A stretch of 64,000 nucleotides of DNA from Candidatus Aenigmatarchaeota archaeon (lineage in GTDB: Archaea; Thermoplasmatota; Thermoplasmata; Halarchaeoplasmatales; Halarchaeoplasmataceae): assembly GCA_046537845.1 (NCBI GenBank), contig JBKHKA010000004.1:24586-88585 (forward strand). The letters are read 5' to 3'. Below the pieces are notes generated by a model that saw only the letters and a program-made list of their open reading frames with translations, did no database searches and was not told the origin of the DNA. Each line of letters begins with the position of its first letter. The stretch's first letter is position 1. Below, one piece after another: positions 51,752 through 60,085 of this stretch. The position numbers were made by a program, and so were the translations under genes.

Positions 51752-52915
51752 TCATATGACCCCACGATCCTCCAATCTTTCTATTTCCTCCTCGGTGTAA
51801 CCCGCATCATTCAGTATCTCTCGCGTATGTTCACCTTTTTGAGGAGGCGGTGTTCTGAATTCATCAATATCCTTCTTTGATCTAGCGGGAAATCCTATCT
51901 GATCGATCTCCATCCCAGAGAAGTCCAATGAACCGATCAGATCTCTCTCTTCGACATGTTGACTTTCGAAGACTTCTTTCAAATTATTTACAGGAGATAT
52001 CATCACTTCGTTTTCTTTTGATATCTTCTTCCATTCCTCGAAAGTTTTCTTCTTGAATTCTTCCTCGATTATCTTTCTGATCCTTTCCTTCTTCTCGGAA
52101 AACTGCTGGTCTTTAAATTCTTCTCTCCCTATCAATTCACAAAAATTCTTCCAATATTTTTCTTCATAGGCAGCTAGGGCGAAGTATCGCCCGTCCTTTG
52201 TCTCATAGATATCATAAAAGGGATATCTTCCCGTCAATTCTGTCTCTCTCGCTCGCGGGACTTCCTCCTCCAAGAGAGGCTGCCAGGCGATGCCCGTGGA
52301 GAACGAAATCAGACAATCCAAGATGGAGATGTCTATATACTCTCCCCTGGAGTCATTGAGTTCTCTATCAAGGAGTGCGTTGATTATGGAAAAGGCGGAA
52401 AAGAGTCCCGCGGTCATCACCGATATGGGAAAGCCAGGGATCGCAGGTTTACCATCCTTCGACCTGGTGATATCGATAAGGCCTCCTTCGGAAGCATAAT
52501 TTAGATCGTGGCCGCCTTTATCCTTTAGTGGACCGGTCTGGCCATAACTGGATAAAGAGCAGTAGATTATATCCGAGTTGACCTCTCTCACCGAGTCGTA
52601 ATCCACCTTCAGTTTTTCGACGACGCCGGGACGGAACTGTTCAAAGACCACGTCGGCGTCTTCGGCGAGGTTCATGAATATCTCTTTACCTTCTTCTTTT
52701 TTAAGATCGATCTCAATTGCCTTTTTATTCCTGTTCAGCATCAAGAATGGGGCTCCTTCTCCCCCGATGGAAGGTTCCATGTCTCTAGCATAGTCTCCTG
52801 TTTCTGGGTCCTCTATCTTTATAACTTCCGCTCCCAGGTCGGCCAAAAGCATTGTAGCGTAGGGACCAGGGATCAATCTAGTCATGTCCAAGATCTTGAT
52901 TCCCTCTAATCTCAT
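51752..52915 (-). CDS. Family III CoA-transferase (CaiB/BaiF/AMACR-like)
   Basis: LEGIKILD..RLIPGP, LADLGAEVIKIE, NRNKK, FRPGV, GHDLNY, GEHTREIL. Confidence 0.9.
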   Translation of the reverse strand: MRLEGIKILDMTRLIPGPYATMLLADLGAEVIKIEDPETGDYARDMEPSIGGEGAPFLMLNRNKKAIEIDLKKEEGKEIFMNLAEDADVVFEQFRPGVVEKLKVDYDSVREVNSDIIYCSLSSYGQTGPLKDKGGHDLNYASEGGLIDITRSKDGKPAIPGFPISVMTAGLFSAFSIINALLDRELNDSRGEYIDISILDCLISFSTGIAWQPLLEEEVPRARETELTGRYPFYDIYETKDGRYFALAAYEEKYWKNFCELIGREEFKDQQFSEKKERIRKIIEEEFKKKTFEEWKKISKENEVMISPVNNLKEVFESQHVEERDLIGSLDFSGMEIDQIGFPARSKKDIDEFRTPPPQKGEHTREILNDAGYTEEEIERLEDRGVI

Positions 52916-53043
52916 GTTCTCGATCGTTTATAGGATGAGAGCCTTTTATAGATTACTACCACCTATGTATAAGACTGTCCATCGATGGCTATAAAACTAC
53001 GGCTCAATCATAGTCTTTGTATCATAACGCAAGCGGATATATA

Positions 53044-53057
53044 AAAAAGTTTATAAA
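53044..53057 (+). promoter_or_regulatory. Putative BRE/TATA promoter of the PHA cluster
   Basis: AAAAAG followed by TTTATAAA at 53050-53057, upstream of the GAGGAG RBS and ATG 53115. Confidence 0.5.
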
Positions 53058-53114
53058 GCTTATGGGACATATTATACTTTGAGTACCTTTAGAAGAGGGA
53101 AGAGGAGAGATAAT

Positions 53115-54326
53115 ATGAAGCAAGAAAAAGACCCTATAGAGAAGTACGTATCTGCGTACGAAGAAGCTAACGACGACGAAGAGTGCAAGAAAAAAGTGGC
53201 CAACAGACTGCTAAAAGACGAGTTGATCGAAGTAGCCGGAGAGAACGGATTAGATGTCAGTAAAAATCAGACCAAAGATGAGATAGCAGAGAAGCTGATA
53301 AAACCGGAAGTCTACAATCAGATAGTCAGCGAAAGAGAAATTTCCCAGGAGGTAGGGGAAAAGAAAGAAGGAATTGAAGGCGAACTTACTCCCCCAGAGC
53401 CGCCTGAGGTCAAAACAGAGGTCCTCGAACCCTTATCGGACCTAATATCCGATTCAACCTTGAAAGGATCCGAAAAGGTTAACGAGTTATGGATAGACGG
53501 GATGAAAGGGATCGAAGAGAACTTGGAAGGAGTAACGGAACAGAACCTCGAATACTGGGAGGAACTTGAAGATGAATGGATGGAAAAGGCAACTGAATTC
53601 CAGGAACAGATCGACGAACTAAGAGAGAGATCCGTCCTGCCAGAGGACAAGACGAAAGAACTATCGGTGATATGGAGGAACTTCTTCAATAAGATGATGG
53701 CCAGAGTGAAAAAGGCAAATCAGCGTACAAGGGAAAGGCATGAATCTTTAACTCAGCTCGTAGAAAAACATACGGAAAAAGCAAGAGAGACCTTCGATGA
53801 AGAGAGCGAGAGTATAGATACGGGGAAACTACTTGGTCTTTGGTCGGATTTTTCAAAAGATTTGGGAAGCGAGTTAGAGAAGACATTGGATAACTATAGG
53901 AGAGATTACGAGGCAGTAGAAGAGACATGGAAAAATTTTGCCGATAAGACAGAGGATCTCATCGACGATCTCCAAGAAAGTCAAGAGGAACAGGTAGAAG
54001 AACTCTATGAAATGTGGAATTCAAATTTTGAGTTCGTACAAGATAACGTGGAAAAAGGGTTTGAAGATTATATGGATGCCTATGAAATCACGAGAGAGGA
54101 ATTCGAAAGACATAGCCGGAAGGTGACAGAATCTCTTTTTGAATTGGCGGAGAACGTAGAAGAAAATTATTCCAGGTTGATGGAGAGCTACCAGAAAACC
54201 TTAGACGAAGGGTACAGCGGTATGTTTTCCATGGCAAACCCATTAGTTCCAAAAAAGGATGAAAAAGAGTTGGAACGACTCAAAGAAAGAGTGGAAAAAT
54301 TAGAAAAGAAAATAGAGGAGGATTGA
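53115..54326 (+). CDS. Unknown acidic coiled-coil protein, first gene of the PHA cluster (N-terminal Rho-N/SAP-like motif)
   Basis: LLKDELIEVAGENGLDVSKNQTKDEIAEKLI, a Pro-rich linker, long amphipathic helices with periodic Trp, and C-terminal zipper ELERLKERVEKLEKKIE. Confidence 0.75.
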   Translation: MKQEKDPIEKYVSAYEEANDDEECKKKVANRLLKDELIEVAGENGLDVSKNQTKDEIAEKLIKPEVYNQIVSEREISQEVGEKKEGIEGELTPPEPPEVKTEVLEPLSDLISDSTLKGSEKVNELWIDGMKGIEENLEGVTEQNLEYWEELEDEWMEKATEFQEQIDELRERSVLPEDKTKELSVIWRNFFNKMMARVKKANQRTRERHESLTQLVEKHTEKARETFDEESESIDTGKLLGLWSDFSKDLGSELEKTLDNYRRDYEAVEETWKNFADKTEDLIDDLQESQEEQVEELYEMWNSNFEFVQDNVEKGFEDYMDAYEITREEFERHSRKVTESLFELAENVEENYSRLMESYQKTLDEGYSGMFSMANPLVPKKDEKELERLKERVEKLEKKIEED

Positions 54327-54331
54327 GAATA

Positions 54332-55171
54332 ATGGACGAAAAAAACCGAGGAGATAGAAATCTGTTCAGATCCATGGATTATCTTTCCAGCATGGATTTC
54401 AGTGGATTCACAAGAGAATTCGTAGATCAACAGGAAAGGTACATGACCGACGTAGACCAACTGTTAAACCAGTCTTCAGAATTTGGTAAGGACGTGAGGA
54501 AAGTGGTCGAAGAGACCAATGATCAGTATGAAGAACTGATGGACCTGTGGTCCGATCTTTCCGACATGTCCGAAGAATTGGTCGAGAAGAACGTTAAGGA
54601 AGGATTTCAAGAGGATATCCAAGAGTATAACAGGGAGGTTGGTGAGAAGCTGAAAGAACTGGTCAAATCCAGTTATCAAGATGCTGAAGAACTCTATTCG
54701 GCGTGGACAAAGATGTCCGATAGCATTTTCAAGGGCATCAAAGCTGGAACGGGTCCGGATCCTGAGGAGATAACCGAGGCGACGGCAGATTTCCAGGAAG
54801 CTGCTCTTCATATAGCAAAAAGAAACATAGAGGAAAACAACGAATCATTGAGAGAGCTGAGAGAGACACTCGAAGAGATCGCAGAAGAGAGTTCGAACCG
54901 GTTGAAAGAGAACGCTGAATCTAGCGGAGAAGGGTACGAAAAGATGGTGAAGGGCTGGCTTAATACCATCGACGAGATGGAAAGCAAGACTGATAGTTAT
55001 TTAGAGGACCTGAGGGAGAGCTACCTTTCAGCATTCAAACCGTATTTTGGAAGGGGATGGATCTTTCCCTTGTTCCCTTGGCAGCCATCTAGGAAGATGA
55101 GTGAATACGAAAGCGATATAGAGGACCTGAAGAAAAAGATCGAAGAGCTAAAAACTAAGGTGGAGGAATAA
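54332..55171 (+). CDS. Unknown acidic helical protein (phasin/PhaE-like candidate)
   Basis: All-helical, with hydrophobic patch FKPYFGRGWIFPLFPW and C-terminal zipper DIEDLKKKIEELKTKVEE. Directly upstream of phaE. Confidence 0.72.
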   Translation: MDEKNRGDRNLFRSMDYLSSMDFSGFTREFVDQQERYMTDVDQLLNQSSEFGKDVRKVVEETNDQYEELMDLWSDLSDMSEELVEKNVKEGFQEDIQEYNREVGEKLKELVKSSYQDAEELYSAWTKMSDSIFKGIKAGTGPDPEEITEATADFQEAALHIAKRNIEENNESLRELRETLEEIAEESSNRLKENAESSGEGYEKMVKGWLNTIDEMESKTDSYLEDLRESYLSAFKPYFGRGWIFPLFPWQPSRKMSEYESDIEDLKKKIEELKTKVEE

Positions 55172-55204
55172 AACCTCCATCTTTATTTTTTGAGGTAGAT
55201 AACC

Positions 55205-56050
55205 ATGGATAGAGATATTGATATGGAAGATTATTATAAAGAGTTGAGAGAAGATATGCTGACGGTCTGGGAAGATTTTTCTTCTGAGATGGAAGATTTT
55301 CTGGGAGAATTACAGGAGGAAAACGTTGAAGCTTACGAGGAGATGTACGAGGAATGGAAGGACTTCAGCGAACAGATGATGAATCAGAAGAAAAATTTTG
55401 GAGACATCGAGAACTACGTTTCTCTCGCAGATCTTTTTCAACGGTGGGTAAGAGCTTCAAAGGACTTCAGAAATGTAGTCCAGGAAAAGAGCGGAGAAGA
55501 TATCCCCGTCGCTGATTTCGATAATATCTTCTCGGAGTATATGGAAAACCTGAGACTTCTGTTAGGTGAGACCATCGAACTCGGGATGGAACGACAGAGA
55601 AAGGAACAGGAAGATCTTTATGACCTGTGGATGGACGCTTGGTCTAGTCTGGGTGAAGAAGAAGGAGAAAGCATCCCGGACGTGGTCAAGGACGTTCAAA
55701 GTGAATGGATAAAGTCCTCAACCGACCTTTTAAAGATGTGGTCGGAAAGTTTAGAGGAAGGTCAAGCCGAGGACCTTTTCCAGAAAACACAGAAAGAGAT
55801 GCTCAAAAACGCCTCGAACAGCATGGAAGAACTCTTGAGCTCCGAGCCTTATGCTATGTTCCAGGGCAGCTATCTAGATAACTTGCTTGATACGAAGATC
55901 ACGCAGAAGGAACTGCTGAACACCTATCTCGAATCCTTTGGGGTCCCCACTCGGGACGATATACTGAAAGTATACGAATCTATCCACGAGCTGACCTCTA
56001 GAATCAGAGATCTGGAGAGAAGAGTAGACGAGCTCTCAGTAGAGAAGTGA
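55205..56050 (+). CDS. phaE: Class III PHA synthase subunit PhaE
   Basis: C-terminal YLESFGVPTRDDILKVYESIHELTSRIRDLERRV matches the PhaE L.xPTR.E....LHEL.R pattern; DLYDLWM; directly upstream of phaC. Confidence 0.82.
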   Translation: MDRDIDMEDYYKELREDMLTVWEDFSSEMEDFLGELQEENVEAYEEMYEEWKDFSEQMMNQKKNFGDIENYVSLADLFQRWVRASKDFRNVVQEKSGEDIPVADFDNIFSEYMENLRLLLGETIELGMERQRKEQEDLYDLWMDAWSSLGEEEGESIPDVVKDVQSEWIKSSTDLLKMWSESLEEGQAEDLFQKTQKEMLKNASNSMEELLSSEPYAMFQGSYLDNLLDTKITQKELLNTYLESFGVPTRDDILKVYESIHELTSRIRDLERRVDELSVEK

Positions 56051-56068
56051 ACAGGTGGGGGATATTAT

Positions 56069-57337
56069 ATGAACGAAAATCCTGATCTCACTGATCTACC
56101 GTCCCAAAAATGGATGGAAGGACAGATACAATACATGAAAGACCTTACAAAGAACGTAAAGAAGTTGAATGATGCTCTTGAACTCCTAGCTTCTCAACCC
56201 GAGGTGGAAGTCGGTCAAACTCCAGCTGAAGTGATCTGGGAAGGTGATCTCGCAGAACTTTTACATTTTAAGCAGGAGAACGTGGAGCAAAAACCGCCGG
56301 TACTTTTGGTCTACGCTTTGATTAACGAGGAGTACATATTGGACCTTCAACCGGGCAGGTCGGTCGTAGAATCGTTGTTGAACGAAGGATTAGACGTGTA
56401 CATGATCAATTGGTACAAGCCGGATAAACGTCATCGGTTTGAAACTTTGAACGATTACGTGAATTATTTTATGGACGTCTGCGTGGACAAAGTCAGGAAG
56501 AAAAGGAACAGGGATTCGATCAATATCCTGGGATACTGTATGGGAGGCACGATGTCTTCGATGTATGCCGCTTTATACCCGGAGAAAGTCAAGAGCTTGA
56601 CTTTGATGGCCGCTGGATTGGATTTCGAGGAGGATGAAGGATTATTGAGTCATTGGGCGAACTCCGATTATTTCGACCCAGAAAAAGTGGTCGAGGCCTT
56701 TGGTACCTGTCCTGGAGATTTCCTGGACGGGGCATACCTTGCTTTAGCACCGGTCAATAACACCGTGGGAAAACTTTTGAATCTGGCAGATAACGCTGAA
56801 GACGAGGAATTCGTCAAGATGTTCTTCAGGATGGAAAAATGGATACACGACAGTAAGGATATACCGGGACCAGCTTTCTCAAAATTCGTAGGAGATCTCT
56901 ACCAAAAAAACAAGCTCATAAAAAATGAATTCCATATCGGAGGTGAACATGTAGATATTAACAATATCACCATGCCCCTGCTAACTATTATCGGAGAGTA
57001 CGATACCTTGGTACCTCCAGAAAGCAGTCTTCCCTTCAAAGATAAGGTTCCGAGTGAGAAGACCGAGGTGATGAAAGCGCCGGTAGGTCACATAGGACTC
57101 TCTGTGAGTTCCAAGGTTCATCCGGATTTATGGGGGAAAGCCGCCGAGTGGATAAAAGAGCACGATAGAATCCCATTGAAGAGCATCAAAGGCATCGGCG
57201 AAAAAACGGCGGAAAAATTGAAAGAAGCTTCGGTTAAAGATGGAACAGACCTGAAGCGAGCGGATACAGAAGAATTGTCTGAAAAGACAGGCATCTCTGA
57301 AAATAGGATCGAAAAATGGAAAAAGAGGGCAGAGTGA
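56069..57337 (+). CDS. phaC: Class III PHA synthase subunit PhaC with C-terminal helix-hairpin-helix domain
   Basis: VGQTP, LLVYALIN..YILDLQP.RSVV, lipase box GYCMGG, F.RMEKW, D(TLVPP), GHIG; tail IKGIGEKTAEKL. Confidence 0.94.
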   Translation: MNENPDLTDLPSQKWMEGQIQYMKDLTKNVKKLNDALELLASQPEVEVGQTPAEVIWEGDLAELLHFKQENVEQKPPVLLVYALINEEYILDLQPGRSVVESLLNEGLDVYMINWYKPDKRHRFETLNDYVNYFMDVCVDKVRKKRNRDSINILGYCMGGTMSSMYAALYPEKVKSLTLMAAGLDFEEDEGLLSHWANSDYFDPEKVVEAFGTCPGDFLDGAYLALAPVNNTVGKLLNLADNAEDEEFVKMFFRMEKWIHDSKDIPGPAFSKFVGDLYQKNKLIKNEFHIGGEHVDINNITMPLLTIIGEYDTLVPPESSLPFKDKVPSEKTEVMKAPVGHIGLSVSSKVHPDLWGKAAEWIKEHDRIPLKSIKGIGEKTAEKLKEASVKDGTDLKRADTEELSEKTGISENRIEKWKKRAE

Positions 57338-57341
57338 TAAG

Positions 57342-58112
57342 ATGGTTGGTGACAGCGAACCCTACAGGGACCGATTCAAAGACAGGAATGCCCTAGTGAC
57401 CGGAGCATCAAGAGGAATCGGAAAAAAAATTACGAACACACTAGCAGAGTACGGCGCGGATGTGGTCGTCAATTACAACACGAGCCACGAAGAAGCGAGC
57501 GAAACAGCCACGACCGTAGAGTTGGCTGGCGAAGATAGTTGGGTCTATCCGGCAGATATCAGCTCTTTTAAAGAAGTCGAAGAGATGAAAGAAAACATTG
57601 AAGAGAATTTTGGAAAGATAGATATACTGGTGAATAACGCTGGTATAAACAAAGATAAGTTCTTTGCTAAGATGGAAAAAGACGATTGGGAAAAAGTTTT
57701 GTCTGTGAACCTTGACGGAGTTTTCAACTGCTCCAAGATATTTTTAGATGATCTAAGGAGATCCGAATCGGGAAGGATAGTGAACATTTCTTCGGTTGTA
57801 GGCCAAAGGGGTAACCAAGGACAGGTCAATTACGCCTCATCCAAGGCAGGCATTATAGGATTCACCAAGGCGTTAGCGAGAGAGTTGGTGAGAGATGACG
57901 TAACTGTTAACGCTGTTGCCCCGGGATTCATCGCTACGGAGATGGTATTGAACATGCCAGAAAAAATCCAGGAGAAGATAAAAAGTGATATACCCATGGG
58001 ACGCTTTGGAGACCCGAAAGAGGTGGCCGAGACGGTAGCGTTCCTTGCCTCTTCGGATGCATCTTACATCACAGGGGAAGTTTTAAAAGTCAACGGTGGT
58101 TTCTACATCTGA
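57342..58112 (+). CDS. phaB: Acetoacetyl-CoA reductase PhaB (FabG-like SDR), copy 1
   Basis: TGASRGIG, NNAG, ISSVVG, GQVNYASSK, APGFI.TEM; directly after phaC. Confidence 0.82.
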   Translation: MVGDSEPYRDRFKDRNALVTGASRGIGKKITNTLAEYGADVVVNYNTSHEEASETATTVELAGEDSWVYPADISSFKEVEEMKENIEENFGKIDILVNNAGINKDKFFAKMEKDDWEKVLSVNLDGVFNCSKIFLDDLRRSESGRIVNISSVVGQRGNQGQVNYASSKAGIIGFTKALARELVRDDVTVNAVAPGFIATEMVLNMPEKIQEKIKSDIPMGRFGDPKEVAETVAFLASSDASYITGEVLKVNGGFYI

Positions 58113-58134
58113 ATCTATCGAAAGAGGGATACAT

Positions 58135-58965
58135 ATGAAAAGCGATGAAGACCAACAGTTAAAGCTAAAATCATATTTTGAAAACGACGACATAGAAAAC
58201 CTAGATCCCAGCAGTAACCGTTTGGAGGGATTGAATGCACTCGTAACAGGCGGAGGACAGGGCATCGGCAGAAGGATATCACTAGAGTTCGCAAACGAGG
58301 GGGCTAACGTGGCTATAAACGACTTGAGCTCGCAGAAAGATAAGGCGGATAGGGTAGCCCAATATATAGAAGGAGAATTGAACAAAAATACATGGATAGC
58401 CGAAGGAGACGTTTCGGACTTGGACGATATGAAAAAGGTCAAGGAGCAGGTAGAGGAAAATCTAGGTAAGATTGACATATTGGTGAATAATGCTGGGATC
58501 AATAGAGATTCTTTATTCATAAAGATGGACAAAGAAGAGTGGGATCAGGTCTTATCGGTGAATCTTGATGGGGCTTTCAACACCACTCATGTGTTTCTAG
58601 ATCATCTCCGAGAGTCCGATCAGGGCAGGATAATCAATATGTCCTCTGTTGTAGGAGAAACTGGAAATATCGGTCAGGTGAATTACGCCTCCTCAAAAGC
58701 CGGATTGATAGGGTTCACTAAAGCTCTAGCTAGAGAGTTGGTGAGGGATGAAGTCACCGTCAATGCTGTAGCTCCGGGTTTCGTGGATACCCTGATGGTA
58801 AAAAATATGCCTGAGAAAGTCAAGAAGAAAATCCTCGATCAAATACCGATGGGGCGTTTTGCGGAGCCCAAAGAAGTGGCGAAGGTCTTCTGCTTTTTAG
58901 CATCAGAAAAAAGCTCGTACATCACCGGAGAGGTGATAAGGATGAACGGAGGTTTTTACCTATAA
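58135..58965 (+). CDS. phaB: Acetoacetyl-CoA reductase PhaB (FabG-like SDR), copy 2
   Basis: TGGGQGIG, NNAG, MSSVVG, GQVNYASSK; close paralog of copy 1. Start after GAGGGA. Confidence 0.78.
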   Translation: MKSDEDQQLKLKSYFENDDIENLDPSSNRLEGLNALVTGGGQGIGRRISLEFANEGANVAINDLSSQKDKADRVAQYIEGELNKNTWIAEGDVSDLDDMKKVKEQVEENLGKIDILVNNAGINRDSLFIKMDKEEWDQVLSVNLDGAFNTTHVFLDHLRESDQGRIINMSSVVGETGNIGQVNYASSKAGLIGFTKALARELVRDEVTVNAVAPGFVDTLMVKNMPEKVKKKILDQIPMGRFAEPKEVAKVFCFLASEKSSYITGEVIRMNGGFYL

Positions 58966-59300
58966 CCACTTAGAGGATCAAAAAACAAGAGGGATGACCG
59001 ACCGAAGGGGGGTCAAATACCCACAGCTTTCGAGGAATTTTTGAAAATTCCTTTGTATCACGAAGAGTTATTCTGAGTGAGAAGAGGAATTCATTTCCTC
59101 TGTATTGCTGGAATCATATTCCACCTATCTCTAGAAATCCTAGGGATTTCAAGAAATTTGCTGGAAAATCTTATTTCCCATCAATTGATGGAATCTCTGA
59201 TTCTAGACAATATCACAGGAAAGCTAACTTTCCTGTTAGTTTCGGCTGTGGGAAAGGATCATCAAACGTAGAAACCCAAAATTTTTGCACACTTCCAAAA

Positions 59301-59903
59301 AACTCTATAGAAAGATCTCTGTCCAAAGCGGTGGAAAAAGACAAGCTGTCCGCTGAAAAGTAAGAAAAAATCCTCTCCAAGATCGAAACGACCCTTGATA
59401 TAGAGGACCTCCAGGATTGTGACGGTGTGATCGGAGCGGTCAACGGCTACGCCCTCGGAGGCGGTCTTGAATTGGCCTTGAGTACTGACTTTTTGATAGC
59501 CTCTGAAGCGGCTAAATTCGGTCAACCAGAGGTCGGTTTAGGAGTGATACCCGGTTTCGGCGGCACCTTTTTACTAGCCCGGCAGATCGGACCTGCACGA
59601 GCTAAGGAATTGATTTTTACAGGTAAAAGGATAGATGCCGAAGAGGCAAAGGATATAGGGATAGTCAATCATACCGTTGAAAAGGAAGAACTGATGAACG
59701 AAGCCCAGGAGATCGCCCAAAATATAGCCGATAATTCCCCTGTTGCTTTGGACCATGCTAAAAGAGCCATAGAGCATGGAACGGATCATTCGAAGAAAGA
59801 GGCACTCCTGCAGGAAAGCGCTAACTTCAAGGAGTGTTTTGAGAGCGAAGACCAAAAAGAAGGTATGGAAGCTTTCCTAGAAAAGAGAGAACCCGACTTT
59901 TGA
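59301..59903 (+). pseudogene. Chimeric hbd::crt remnant
   Basis: Frame from 59301 reads NSIERSLSKAVEKDKLSAEK*EKILSKIETTLDIEDLQDCDGVIGAVNGYALGGGLE...: an Hbd-like fragment with in-frame TAA at 59361, joined to the C-terminal part of a crotonase. Confidence 0.82.
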
Positions 59904-60085
59904 ATAAGTACCGTTAACCGTCGACTGGACCTACTGAATTTCTGTCTCGTGGTAGAACTGCCTGTTTTAGCCTAGATAAATATATCTTTTTTCGAGACTT
60001 GTATACCGACGAAAATTTTAATCCGAAGATATAAATATTCGAACTCCGATGAGCTCGCCGAAAAATCTTATGGAGGTAAGAAAGT

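Noticed and set aside
39633..52967. Identical 11-mer TACCACCTATG upstream of thl (39633) and in the caiB/pha intergenic region (52957)
   Set aside because: Only two copies, non-palindromic, with different spacing to the TATA-like elements; an 11-nt match is expected by chance at this scale.
58966..59300. Short inverted repeats after phaB2 (e.g. TGGAAT/ATTCCA 59109-59123, GAAATCC/GGATTTC 59134-59150) and a 64-aa ORF
   Set aside because: Short AT-rich stems in decaying sequence next to a pseudogene; no transposase, terminal repeats or target duplication seen.
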